A stretch of DNA of 64,000 bases from Bacillota bacterium. GTDB taxonomy: Bacteria; Bacillota; Sulfobacillia; Fermentithermobacillales; Fermentithermobacillaceae. Below are positions 50,078 through 60,167 of this stretch, one piece after another. The position numbers and the translations under genes are program-made. The DNA lies in contig JBMNKH010000003.1 in assembly GCA_050952085.1 (NCBI GenBank), positions 38,626 to 102,625 on the forward strand, written 5' to 3'. Under the pieces are notes generated by a model that did no database searches, was not told the DNA's origin, and worked only from the letters and a program-made list of their open reading frames with translations. Numbering within the stretch: position 1 is the stretch's first letter; the number at the start of each line of letters is the position of its first letter.

Positions 50078-51115
50078 ATGCCGGCAGCCTGCTCTGTTGC
50101 GCTGTTGCGTGAGATACGTGCACTCCAGGGCAATTGGGTGCCGGGAGCGTTGATTACCCTGGTAGCATGTGACCCCAAGTACCAGAACCGGGGTTTTGGA
50201 TCTTTAGCAGTGAAAGACAGTCTGGCGTATGCAGCAAAGGCCGGAGCCAAACTGGCACTCCTTTACGGCCATCCTGGGTATTATCCCCGCTTTGGTTTCG
50301 TACCGGTGCTGCCTGCTGCTGTTGCTACGTTGGCCGTCGATGACGTGTCAACTGTAGATACAGATGAACGGCGTGATACGGATAAACGATGTGATGCCGG
50401 TGAATGGCGTGGCGCAGGTGCGCTGCATGGGCATGTGCCTTCAAGGCTGCTGGTACGGGAGATCCAGGATTCTGACATACCGGCCCTTCTAGAGATGTAC
50501 GAGTCGCAGCTTGCCGGATACCCGTGTAGCGTTCGCAGGGATGTATCCCCCTGGATCTGGAAGCCACGGGGAGCGATGCCAGGTAGGGATGTTCTGGTGT
50601 TCCTGGACACACAGTCCGGTCAGCTTGTGGGCTACTGTTTTTGTACTGACAATCCGGATAGGAGCTACCTGACAGTAATGGAAGCCGCCGCATCAGACAA
50701 GACTGTTGCTTCATGTATGGTTTCGACCTTGGCTAGGCGGGCAGCCGTTCTAGGACGGAAGTACTTGAAGGTTAGCACGGCCCCTGACAGTGTAGTGTTT
50801 CAGGCGGCCTTGGATAAGGGCGCCGGTATGGAGTACAAGGCTGCGGCAGCGGGGTTGGCATGTGTACTGAGTTGGGGAGGGCTTTTGCCCGGAGGATACA
50901 GGGTGGAACATATAGCGGAGCGGACAGGGGAGGCAGACGGGCCATCGCCTGACGATGCTTTCAATCTTTATCGCGGAAACGACCTGGTTTTGACAGCCGA
51001 CAGGGCTTTTGTGACCAGGCTTGTTGTCGGATATGACGATGCGGGCTCGCTCAAGGGTCTGAAAGATTTCCCGAAGTCGTTTCCAAAATGGCATCTTGCA
51101 CCGTATTGGTACTAA
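50078..51115 (+). CDS. Eis-like GNAT acetyltransferase; may start at CTG 50003
   Basis: VACDPKYQNRGFG, LYGHPGYYPRFGF. Confidence 0.82.
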   Translation: MPAACSVALLREIRALQGNWVPGALITLVACDPKYQNRGFGSLAVKDSLAYAAKAGAKLALLYGHPGYYPRFGFVPVLPAAVATLAVDDVSTVDTDERRDTDKRCDAGEWRGAGALHGHVPSRLLVREIQDSDIPALLEMYESQLAGYPCSVRRDVSPWIWKPRGAMPGRDVLVFLDTQSGQLVGYCFCTDNPDRSYLTVMEAAASDKTVASCMVSTLARRAAVLGRKYLKVSTAPDSVVFQAALDKGAGMEYKAAAAGLACVLSWGGLLPGGYRVEHIAERTGEADGPSPDDAFNLYRGNDLVLTADRAFVTRLVVGYDDAGSLKGLKDFPKSFPKWHLAPYWY

Positions 51116-51295
51116 TCTGTCGAAAACATCTGGTTATGTCGGAGACGAGACTGCTGAAGGCGAAGTGTCGGTTTTGGTACCAGCTTCTGCCCCGGCCTGG
51201 CCGCTCTTGGTACCATGTTTGCTTCTAAGGTGGTCCGTTTTAGTATCCAGCTACAGGTCAATATTAGCGACCGGTAGCATTTCCTAAGATTTGGC

Positions 51296-51324
51296 TTGAC
51301 ACCTGTTTTCGTCAGGTGTATATT
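51296..51324 (+). promoter_or_regulatory. Sigma70 promoter with an embedded operator palindrome
   Basis: TTGACA-17 bp-TATATT; ACACCTG-N7-CAGGTGT at 51299-51319. Confidence 0.7.
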
Positions 51325-51754
51325 CTGCGTGGTTCTCACGAGCGTTTAGTACGGCCGCATTACTACCACATCAAATTGAAAGGAAGTGTCGAGCATGAAG
51401 CGTGTAAGCATCAGAATCCGAGGGAAGCTAGGGTCGGAGGAGAGCCGGCTGTAAGACGTACGTGTCCTTGACAAGGTCACCTTGTCACTGTTCCGCCATA
51501 GCGGCTGAACACGTATGTTCGCCAAGCAGTCCCGTTTACCGGTGGCAAACGCTGCCGTGTCCTTCTTTGATTTCCCCTACTCCCTCTGGTTTACTTAACC
51601 GCTGCCAGGGTAGTTCCGTCCAAGCCATGATTCTAACTACATTTCCAGTGTTACAGTGCTTTGTAGCCAGCATTACAGCTAGCATTGCAGACCTGTTGTG
51701 ACGGATCTCCGGCTGCAGCGTTCGGTTTACAGGTAGTCCCGTGCGCTCTGTTGT

Positions 51755-52654
51755 TTGAATACCGTTGCATCCCGAATGAAAACAGATAGATACCGAAGGG
51801 AGAATCCGTTCTTGTTCACAGACATTTCAAACATTACCTGTGGAGATGACCCGGTCATAATCGTTGAAGATCTGATAAAACACTTCCGCATAAGGCTCGA
51901 TGGCGATGATTTCCGGGAACGGGTGAGGCTGTTTTTCAGGCCTGAGTACCGCACGGTTAAGGCGCTGGATGGCGTCAGTTTCACAGTCCGTCGCGGCGAA
52001 TCTGTAGGCTACATTGGCCTCAACGGCGCAGGCAAGTCCACCACTATCAAGCTGCTTTGCGGCGTGCTGGTACCTACATCGGGAAGAGTGATTGTTGCGG
52101 GTATTGAGCCCCACCGTCACCGGACGCTGAACGCCCGGCGCATCGGACTCATGATGGGGCAGAGGACACAGCTGTTGTGGGATTTGCCCGTCAAAGAGAG
52201 CTTTACCCTGCTTGGGAAGATATATGACCTGGACCCTGAAACCTACAGGGCCAACAAGGACAGGCTTATCGACGCTCTGGACATAAGGTCACTCATGGAA
52301 ACGCCTGCCCGGATGCTTTCCCTCGGGCAAAGAACCCGCTGTGATCTGGCGTTGACCTTCTTGCATGATCCTGCCGTCGTGTATCTTGACGAACCAACCA
52401 TAGGGCTTGATGTATTCGCGCGGGAACGCATCAGGGAGTTTCTGCGCGCTGAAAAGGCCCGGGGCGTGACCATCTTCATGGCAAGCCACGACCTTGATGA
52501 CCTGGAAATGGTAGCAGACCGGGTACTCCTTATCCATCAAGGCAGAATCCTGTTTGACGGAACTCAAGCTGACCTGCAAGACATGTTTGGCGGGCAGTTA
52601 GGTTCGCTTGAAGACACAGTCAAGCGGTTCTACAGGGAGGAGGCACTGGGATGA
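51755..52654 (+). CDS. ABC-2 exporter ATP-binding protein; start uncertain
   Basis: GLNGAGKST, GQRTQL.WDLP, LSLGQR, LDEPTIGLD, SHD. Confidence 0.93.
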   Translation: MNTVASRMKTDRYRRENPFLFTDISNITCGDDPVIIVEDLIKHFRIRLDGDDFRERVRLFFRPEYRTVKALDGVSFTVRRGESVGYIGLNGAGKSTTIKLLCGVLVPTSGRVIVAGIEPHRHRTLNARRIGLMMGQRTQLLWDLPVKESFTLLGKIYDLDPETYRANKDRLIDALDIRSLMETPARMLSLGQRTRCDLALTFLHDPAVVYLDEPTIGLDVFARERIREFLRAEKARGVTIFMASHDLDDLEMVADRVLLIHQGRILFDGTQADLQDMFGGQLGSLEDTVKRFYREEALG

Positions 52655-53481
52655 AGCCCGTGACTAACTCAGAGACATACTTGAAACCCTTGAGATTGAG
52701 GAAGTACCTCCAGTACACCCGGGCAGAGTTTATGCGCGGCCTGAGGTACCGTGCTAACTACTGGGCGACATTGTGCAGCAGCGTGATAATGACGGTCATC
52801 CAGTGGTCCCTCTGGAGAGCAGTTTACATCAATACAACTTCGATTGCCGGTGTGAGTCTGCCGGCTATGATGGCCTATGTTCTCATTGGGAGGGTGATCT
52901 CAGGCTTTCTCGCAGAGCCTGCAAACCTCAATATTGGCCCGAGGGTCAGGAGCGGGGCCATAGTCCACGACCTTGTGAAACCGGCAGACCTGCACCCCCA
53001 GCTTATGTTCCAGACCTTGGGAGGCGCTTTGTTCCGTTTGGTTTCCACCGGGTTGCCTATATTCCTGGTGCTGCTTATCACAGGGGCTCTCCGGATGCCT
53101 GACCTGAAAACAGTAGCCCTCTTCATAGTCTCTTTGGTCATGAGCTATATCACATTATTCTCAACATCCTTCGTCTCGGGAGTGCTAACCTTCTACACCA
53201 AGAGCGGTGTGGGTGTGGAACACATGTATACCTTAGTTGAGCTGATGTCAGGACTATATGTCCCGCTTCAGTTTTTCCCGGGATGGCTAAGGAAGATAGC
53301 AGATTTGCTGCCTTTCAAAGCCATACACTACATCCCCATGGCCATCTGGAGTGGATTGACTGAACCTGGAGAGATCTTGTCTTCGTTGGCGTCACAACTC
53401 ATATGGACAGCGGCCATGGTAGTTCTGTGCCGCGCAATCTGGTCGGGTGCCGTAAAGCATCTGACTATCCAGGGAGGTTGA
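52651..53481 (+). CDS. ABC-2 family permease (DUF990-like)
   Basis: YRAN, RSG.I..DL.KP, SG.YVPL.FFP.W, LPF; ATGA overlap. Confidence 0.9.
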   Translation: MKPVTNSETYLKPLRLRKYLQYTRAEFMRGLRYRANYWATLCSSVIMTVIQWSLWRAVYINTTSIAGVSLPAMMAYVLIGRVISGFLAEPANLNIGPRVRSGAIVHDLVKPADLHPQLMFQTLGGALFRLVSTGLPIFLVLLITGALRMPDLKTVALFIVSLVMSYITLFSTSFVSGVLTFYTKSGVGVEHMYTLVELMSGLYVPLQFFPGWLRKIADLLPFKAIHYIPMAIWSGLTEPGEILSSLASQLIWTAAMVVLCRAIWSGAVKHLTIQGG

Positions 53482-53485
53482 CAGC

Positions 53486-54307
53486 ATGGGTTCTTACGAA
53501 CCGCCTCGTGGCATGGCCGCGGTATGGCGTTACGTCAAGTTATACTACTGGTACCTGCGGGCTAACTGGCTGTCCCTTATGGCTTACCCGGTGGAATTCA
53601 TCATAGTCAACCTTTCAGGCGTGGCGTATTCCCTTGGTTCAGTGGCGGCGGTCTGGGTGCTTTTCGCCCAAGTCAAAGCGATAGGCAGGTGGACTTACCC
53701 AGAGGTACTCCTTATTTACGGAATGAGTATATTCTCGCGGTCGCTTTTTCACCTGTTCTGGATAAACCTTATGACCCTTAGCTCCATGGTCAGAGATGGT
53801 ACCGTGGACAGGCTGCTGGTACGGCCCCTGAACCCACTGTTTCAGGTGGTCGCAGGCTATCTCGATAACGATGACTGGGGCGAGCTGGTAACAGCCATTA
53901 TGCTAGTATGGATATCCCTGGGTATGCTGGGTCAAAGAACAGTGTGGGCGATCTTGTGGGTGCTCCTGTCTGTGATATCTGGGTCGTTGATTTTCGCTTC
54001 TATGCACCTGGTTGGCAACGCCGTATCGTTTTTCACCATCGAAAGCAGCGGGTTTTCCAGGCTGGCCTGGACTATGGATGAATTCACCAGATACCCGGCG
54101 GACATATATGGCAAGACAACCAGGACCATTATTACATGGGTGCTGCCTGTTGCTTTTGCCAGCTTCTATCCGGCACAACTTGTTTTCGGCAACGAGCAGA
54201 TGAAGTGGATGGCCGTTGCTACACCTGTTATCGCCATCCTCACTTTTTCGGCCGCGTACATCTTCTGGACCGTGGCTATCAATCATTACCAGGGGGCCGG
54301 GAACTAA
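53486..54307 (+). CDS. ABC-2 family permease (DUF990-like)
   Basis: I..W...E, G..D..L.RP..P, YP.DIY, P.AF..FYPA, Y.GAG. Confidence 0.9.
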   Translation: MGSYEPPRGMAAVWRYVKLYYWYLRANWLSLMAYPVEFIIVNLSGVAYSLGSVAAVWVLFAQVKAIGRWTYPEVLLIYGMSIFSRSLFHLFWINLMTLSSMVRDGTVDRLLVRPLNPLFQVVAGYLDNDDWGELVTAIMLVWISLGMLGQRTVWAILWVLLSVISGSLIFASMHLVGNAVSFFTIESSGFSRLAWTMDEFTRYPADIYGKTTRTIITWVLPVAFASFYPAQLVFGNEQMKWMAVATPVIAILTFSAAYIFWTVAINHYQGAGN

Positions 54308-54648
54308 CCGGCCCCTGGCCTGCCGCCCCTGCTGTGTTTTGCCATGCATGGAATAGTGCCGGACATATTCACATAAGATTCCACAGCAGACTTGAGCAAA
54401 CTCGTGGTAATCTTAGCAGGAATACTCGGAATTATGTTGAATGAAAAACCCTTAACTTATTGCATGGTTATTCTGGATGAAGCAAATGTCTGCAAAGGCG
54501 TATTTTGGTTATTTTGGAAAGGGGGTGCTCATACACTCTTTCATCCAGATTCTATGCTGATGATGGGAGGACTTTAGATAAATAGCAAGGAAGTTGACGG
54601 TTTTTTTATTTCCTTAGTGTCAGAAGTGACCGGGAGGTGAATGTAAGA

Positions 54649-55431
54649 ATGACAATCGCTCCAGGAAATGTGTTTGGTTTCTGGATGTTAATCGCGATAT
54701 CCGCGTTGGTCATCTATACCATAAGAGCTTCAGAGAGGGGTAAGTTCAAAGTAACAATCAGGCCCATAGCCGGGCTCGAAGCAATAGAGGAATGTGTGGG
54801 CCGGGCTACCGAAATGGGAAGGCCGGTACACTTCTCGCCAGGGCTTGGTGACATAGTCACCACCTCAGCTCCTGATACCCTTGCAGCTCTTCAGATTCTC
54901 TCGTATGTGACTGACGTGGCTGCGAAGTACGATGCCAGGTTTCTCGTTACCATCCGTATGCCCAACGTATACCCGCTGGCTACAGAAACAGTACGCCAGG
55001 GTTATATTGCGGCGAACAAAGCGGACTCGTACAGGGACAACATGGTAAGGTACGTTTCAAGCGACCAAGACGCGTATGCTGCAGGCGTTATCGGCCTCTT
55101 CCACCAGGAACAGGTCGCATCCAGCATCTTGGCCGGCCTCTACATGGGAGAAGCACTGCTGCTTGCTGAATCAGCCGCCAGGCTTGGAATCATGCAGGTG
55201 GCAATCACTGCATCGGTTATGCAGGTACCCTTCTTCGTAGCTGCTTGTGACTACACCGTAATCGGTGAGGAACTGTACGCAGCCGGAGCTTACCTTACAA
55301 ACGACAAGGGACGTCTCGGAGGTATAGCAGGACAAGACTATATCAAACTGATCGTGATCGGCATCATCCTGATTGGCACTTTGATGACGTCTGCCGGCAG
55401 TAATGCAATTCAAAGTCTACTTACGATGTAG
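54649..55431 (+). CDS. DUF6754-like membrane protein (cassette 2, subunit A)
   Basis: IRPIAGLEAIEECVGRATEMGRPVHF, QVPFFVAACDYTVIGEELYAA; GGAGGTG SD. Confidence 0.87.
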   Translation: MTIAPGNVFGFWMLIAISALVIYTIRASERGKFKVTIRPIAGLEAIEECVGRATEMGRPVHFSPGLGDIVTTSAPDTLAALQILSYVTDVAAKYDARFLVTIRMPNVYPLATETVRQGYIAANKADSYRDNMVRYVSSDQDAYAAGVIGLFHQEQVASSILAGLYMGEALLLAESAARLGIMQVAITASVMQVPFFVAACDYTVIGEELYAAGAYLTNDKGRLGGIAGQDYIKLIVIGIILIGTLMTSAGSNAIQSLLTM

Positions 55432-55476
55432 TTGGTCGTAGGCAGAAGACTCGCTTAATGGAAAGAAGGTGTAATA

Positions 55477-56139
55477 ATGCGGAAAGAAGTGCCATTGCTA
55501 ATTACTTTCGTGGTTGCGCTGATTGTGATGCTAAGCCAGGTTACAACCGGAAATATCCCTGGGCTAGGCGTTGCCATGCCTGACCTTTTTGAACGATATA
55601 TCAGCCCTTGGATGACAGTGGTTTCCGCTTTTTCACTCTGCCTGGCCTCTGTCAACCTGATAGTGGTGCATTCAAGGAACATATCGCGGAAGCAGTCCGA
55701 GTGGATTTACAGCCTTATCCTGCTAGGCACACTGGTAATCTACGGTGCCTGGTGTACTTACATCCAGATAAATCCGGACAACACGGCTGCAGCTTCCAAC
55801 TACTCGCTGATATATAACTACATCCTGTCGCCGCTCATGACAGGGCAGTGGGCTTGCTTGGCGTTCTACGTGGCCTCTGCGTCTTACCGGGCCTTCAGGG
55901 CGAGAAACCTTGAGGCAACGGTACTGCTGGCGTCGGCAATATTGGTGATGCTGGGCGCTACTCCTGTAGGAGGGGTGATTTGGAGCAAGTTCCCGGTTAT
56001 ACAACGGTGGCTAATCGACATACCGAACATGACGGGCCAGCGTGCCCTGCTGATAGGCGCTGCAGTGGGAAGCTTTGTTGCATGCCTGCGCACAATGCTT
56101 GGAATCGAGCGGGGACATCTCGGCATCGGCGGTTCTTAA
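55477..56139 (+). CDS. Uncharacterised multi-TM protein (cassette 2, subunit B)
   Basis: FYVASASYRAFRARN, GIERGHL. Confidence 0.87.
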   Translation: MRKEVPLLITFVVALIVMLSQVTTGNIPGLGVAMPDLFERYISPWMTVVSAFSLCLASVNLIVVHSRNISRKQSEWIYSLILLGTLVIYGAWCTYIQINPDNTAAASNYSLIYNYILSPLMTGQWACLAFYVASASYRAFRARNLEATVLLASAILVMLGATPVGGVIWSKFPVIQRWLIDIPNMTGQRALLIGAAVGSFVACLRTMLGIERGHLGIGGS

Positions 56140-56161
56140 TGGGGAAGGAGGTATCCGGAGC

Positions 56162-56998
56162 ATGAGTCTTATGGAAAGACTACAGAACGTTGATTCTAGA
56201 ATCATATATGTACTTCTGCTTATAGCTCTATCTCTGCCTCTGCTCCGTCCTATCGGGATTCCGCTGCAGACTGATCCGATGGTCCGGGCTGTTTACGACA
56301 TAATAGAGGGACTTGACCCGGAAAAAGACAGGGTGTTGTTGTCCATGGACTACAGCCCTGGCGCGGGATTGGATGCAGAAGTGTCTCCTGTGGCGGTGGT
56401 AGAGCACTTAGCGGAACGTGGTATTAAGTGGGTGGCCATATCCTTCGGCACGACAGACGGCCCCATGATGACAAACAGGATAATCGCAGATCTTGAGGCA
56501 CGGGGCTATGAGTATGGTAAGGACTTTGCCAACCTGGGATACATGGCGGGCGAGGAAAACGCTGTCCGCCTCTTTGCCCTGGACTGCCTCAGTGTGCCCA
56601 CTGACGTAAGGGGCAACAGGACGGATCAGCTGCCCGTGATGCAAGGGATAAAGACAATCAAGGATTTTGCCTTTGTAATGCAGTTTTCAATGGGTACACC
56701 TGAAATGTGGATCCGTCAGGTAGTAGACCCCATGGGGATAAAATTCGCTACGGGAACGGTTACAGTATCTGTCCCGTCTATCGTGCCCTATTTCAACTCG
56801 GGACAGGTGAAGGGCGTGATGGGAGGCGTATCTTCCGCAGCCCAGTATGAGCTTCTGTGCAACAAGCCGGGACGGGGCGCAGCCTTGATGGATGCCCAAT
56901 CCATGGGCCACTTGCTCATCATCCTGTTTATCGTTCTCGGCAATATCGGGTATTTCATGGTCAAGGACAAGAAAGATAACTTGGCTGCCGGGCAATAG
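56162..56998 (+). CDS. Uncharacterised protein with two TM anchors and a soluble domain (cassette 2, subunit C)
   Basis: MSLMERLQ, ANLGY.AGEE, DVRG, SGQ..G..GG..SAAQYE, AQSMGH..GNIGY; AAGGAGGT SD. Confidence 0.87.
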   Translation: MSLMERLQNVDSRIIYVLLLIALSLPLLRPIGIPLQTDPMVRAVYDIIEGLDPEKDRVLLSMDYSPGAGLDAEVSPVAVVEHLAERGIKWVAISFGTTDGPMMTNRIIADLEARGYEYGKDFANLGYMAGEENAVRLFALDCLSVPTDVRGNRTDQLPVMQGIKTIKDFAFVMQFSMGTPEMWIRQVVDPMGIKFATGTVTVSVPSIVPYFNSGQVKGVMGGVSSAAQYELLCNKPGRGAALMDAQSMGHLLIILFIVLGNIGYFMVKDKKDNLAAGQ

Positions 56999-57013
56999 CT
57001 GGGAGGTGAAAAG

Positions 57014-57637
57014 ATGCAGATTTCAACGAATATTTGGCAATGGATCTCTGTGATTTGTATATTCGGCATGTGGTCACTGCCACTGTACAAAGACAATCCC
57101 TTTTACCGGGTATGCCAGAACGTATTTGTTGGCTCGTGTGCGGGTCACGCTATCGGAATCGCTATCGGAAATATTGTGAACTACGGTTTCGAGCCCTTGT
57201 TTACCCAGAGCAAGATAGACCTCCTGATTCCGGTAATCTTAGGGCTTATGCTGTATACCCGCTTCTTCCCGGGAGTTGCCTGGTTGAGCCGTTGGCCTGT
57301 TGCTTTTCTGGTAGGTGTTGGCGTGGGGCAGACTATCTACGCCTCTTTGAGGTCACAGGTGATCAACCAGTCAATAGCAGCTATGACTAAGTTCCCCCAG
57401 CCGACCGTGGGAGCTACGATTAACGGGCTGGTATCCCTTATAGGATTGTTATCCATTCTCACTTACTTCCTTTTCACCGTCCCGCAGTCGGGTGTTGTCA
57501 GAGGTATGTCCAAGCTGGGCCGGTGGATGATGATGGTGACCTTCGGGGTCGGGTTCGGCAACGTTGTATCAGGACGTCTGTCTGTACTCTTGGGCGAGCT
57601 GCTCAAGATATTCGGCGACTGGTTGGGTATGATCTAG
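57014..57637 (+). CDS. Uncharacterised multi-TM protein (cassette 2, subunit D)
   Basis: DNPFYR..Q...VG, GRWMMMVTFG..FGN.V..R, GDWLGMI. Confidence 0.87.
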   Translation: MQISTNIWQWISVICIFGMWSLPLYKDNPFYRVCQNVFVGSCAGHAIGIAIGNIVNYGFEPLFTQSKIDLLIPVILGLMLYTRFFPGVAWLSRWPVAFLVGVGVGQTIYASLRSQVINQSIAAMTKFPQPTVGATINGLVSLIGLLSILTYFLFTVPQSGVVRGMSKLGRWMMMVTFGVGFGNVVSGRLSVLLGELLKIFGDWLGMI

Positions 57638-57665
57638 CGCCGAGGCAGTAACAGTAGTCTAGAAC

Positions 57666-57705
57666 AATAGCGGCATTCTTGAAAGAAGAAGAGTGCCGCT
57701 ATTTT
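57666..57705 (+). terminator. Rho-independent terminator of cassette 2
   Basis: AATAGCGGCATTCTT-loop-AAGAGTGCCGCTATT followed by T residues. Confidence 0.8.
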
Positions 57706-57793
57706 GCTTGTTTGTGGTTCTCTTTAGGTCAGTCCCACACAGCTACTGAACCGTCGTCATCATACGTAATCAAGCAGTACACCCGCAGCCCGC

Positions 57794-59140
57794 TCATGCA
57801 AACACTAGATACACACCTGAAAACAGCAAGGCGTTAAGCACTAGACGGACGGCTTTATTCACCCTGAATTGCTTGGTGAGCAAAAGCAGATCTGCCGCAT
57901 ACACAAGAGATGCGGACGCAAACAGGGCTAACATACCGGTTATGCCTAAGCCAAACAACAACCCGAGCACCGCGGATAGTGCTGCATAACCAATAAGAGG
58001 AAACGGCAGATATCCAAGGAGTATCTTGTTAGTGTCAAAGGGGATGTGGAGTCCCAGTGAAGATTTTTGCAGCACTGTGTTGGCCTGTCTTAGCCAGATT
58101 TCTTTCAAATTGGCGTACACTGTTGCTATCAAGAAAACCGCGATGATTTTGGAGAATTCGGGAAATTCGGCGGAGTTCCAGGATAGCCACGTTGTCATGG
58201 TAATGGTGTATGCAAACACAAGCAAGGCCAACAGCGTAATCCAGATTGCTTTTCCCTGCCTGGCGGTCTCTATAATGTTCTTGTAAACAAGCACATTGTG
58301 TTTTTCCGGGTGAAAATGATGCAGCATGATCTTGTACTCTTGTTTCAGACTATGCTTCTTAGCTATTTGCACCATCTTAGCCCAGTTGTTCTGGCTCTGT
58401 GCGGCCATAGTTTCATCAATAAAGCGCAAATACGTTTCATATTTTGAGTAGTCCAGTTGAAACTTGTGTTTCAGGTGGCGTAACACAACGACAAGTTCAA
58501 CGGCAAGCAGTGCAATAGCCACATTAGCCACATATGCCTTGATGAGCTCTCTGAAGACTCCTTCGGAGACGCCTCCGGCATGAGGTCCCGCTGTAATACT
58601 GTATCCTCCTGCAAACAGGCACAGCGCGTTCAGACACATCAGCCCGAGCAACCGGGTCTTGGATCCTGAGGTATGGTAGGATATCCACGCAATCAATTCG
58701 CTAAGCAGTAAGTATGCAAACAGCAGGATGCAGGTTGTGGAGAAGAGAAGGTTAACGGTTCTGCCGGAGATCATGTATGCAGAAATCCCTGCTATAGCTA
58801 AGCTTCTGAACACAAGACGCAGGTACTGCCACATCATGATTATCTTGAAGTAGCCGGTGTAAAACGTATGGTGCAGGGTAGCGGCGTTAATTAGTATCAC
58901 CGGTGATTTCATGAGAAATGCCCTGTAGAAACTAACAGCAGCAAACACGGCCATTATGTAGAGAACATACTTGTCTTCAAGGGGTCTGCCTGGTTCCAGG
59001 TAGGCGGCAATGCGTATGGCCTGAGACAATACAAACGCTCCAGCCAGAAGCAATCCAAGGAATCCGGCGAGGTTGTGCCTGATTATACCCTTGGCCAACC
59101 GGAACTTGTTCTTAAATATGTAGCCGAAGATCTTATTCAT
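57794..59140 (-). CDS. ABC exporter permease (EcsB-like, tentative)
   Basis: About 10 TM segments; ATGA-coupled to the ATPase. Confidence 0.75.
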   Translation of the reverse strand: MNKIFGYIFKNKFRLAKGIIRHNLAGFLGLLLAGAFVLSQAIRIAAYLEPGRPLEDKYVLYIMAVFAAVSFYRAFLMKSPVILINAATLHHTFYTGYFKIIMMWQYLRLVFRSLAIAGISAYMISGRTVNLLFSTTCILLFAYLLLSELIAWISYHTSGSKTRLLGLMCLNALCLFAGGYSITAGPHAGGVSEGVFRELIKAYVANVAIALLAVELVVVLRHLKHKFQLDYSKYETYLRFIDETMAAQSQNNWAKMVQIAKKHSLKQEYKIMLHHFHPEKHNVLVYKNIIETARQGKAIWITLLALLVFAYTITMTTWLSWNSAEFPEFSKIIAVFLIATVYANLKEIWLRQANTVLQKSSLGLHIPFDTNKILLGYLPFPLIGYAALSAVLGLLFGLGITGMLALFASASLVYAADLLLLTKQFRVNKAVRLVLNALLFSGVYLVFA

Positions 59141-59853
59141 AGCGACTCAACCAGCTTGAGATATATGTTTTCCATTGAACTATCACGAGGCAAGCCAGCG
59201 TATGATGCCAGCTCACTTTGTGCGCCTGTGGCCAGCACCCTTCCTTTGTGGAGTATGATGTACTTATCGCATAACTTCTCAACCATATCCAGCAAGTGTG
59301 TGGAGAGAAGCACCAACTTGTTGTCTTTCTTGTGTTGTAACATTGTTTCCTTCAGGAGGCGGATTTGTTTCGGGTCCAGCCCGGTAAAAGGTTCGTCGGC
59401 GATGAGAATCCTGTAGGCTCTCATAAGAGCCATGGCTATCATGAGCTTCTGCTTAGTGCCTCTGGAAAGGGCAGAAGGAACTTTGTTAATGTGTTCTTCC
59501 AGTTCGAAATGGGCGACTATTGCGGGTATGCTTTGAGTGTTTTCGGGATATAGGGCCTTGATGAAATGCAGGTGCTCTATGACCGTCAGTTCTTCATAGA
59601 ATACAGGGATTTCCGGGATGTACGACACCGGGAAATCCTCATTACTTATTTCAGACACACGAGTGCCGTCAATGGTTATTTGTCCTTGCTGCGGCTTCAG
59701 GTGTCTGGTGATGTTCTTTATCATGGTTGACTTTCCGGCGCCGTTTTCGCCTATCAGACCAACGATTTGGCCGGCTTGCGCGCAAAACGACACATCCTGC
59801 AAAGCCCTTACGCTGCCATAACTAAACGACACACCCTTGACTTGCAGTAACAT
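59137..59853 (-). CDS. ABC transporter ATP-binding protein (EcsA-like)
   Basis: GENGAGKST, FYEELTV.EH, LSRGTKQK, DEPFTGLDP, STH. Confidence 0.93.
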   Translation of the reverse strand: MLLQVKGVSFSYGSVRALQDVSFCAQAGQIVGLIGENGAGKSTMIKNITRHLKPQQGQITIDGTRVSEISNEDFPVSYIPEIPVFYEELTVIEHLHFIKALYPENTQSIPAIVAHFELEEHINKVPSALSRGTKQKLMIAMALMRAYRILIADEPFTGLDPKQIRLLKETMLQHKKDNKLVLLSTHLLDMVEKLCDKYIILHKGRVLATGAQSELASYAGLPRDSSMENIYLKLVESL

Positions 59854-60167
59854 TGGAGTATCCCCCTTGTTGGGACCGGCTGAACAGTTCTATCCACTAG
59901 CTCCACCAGTTTGGGCTGGAGATGCCTGGGCTTCAGTCTTTAGTGGTTAACGTCATATGTTAGTTGGATGTTGCGGCTTAGCCAATATTGCGGCATCTAC
60001 AGCCCATGTATAACACGCCGGGACACATCTGTCCAGAATGCGTTTTCCGCTGGCTTGTTCTGTGGAAATGGCCGCAGTGATGATATCTACTTGTGTCCTG
60101 CGATCTACACGACTACTTGTATCCGTGGTACCATATGAATGAATATCAGAGCAGGGAGTGGCTGGGA

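Noticed and set aside
54400-54560. CodY-like boxes upstream of cassette 2
   Set aside because: Best candidate has about 6 mismatches to the 15-bp consensus
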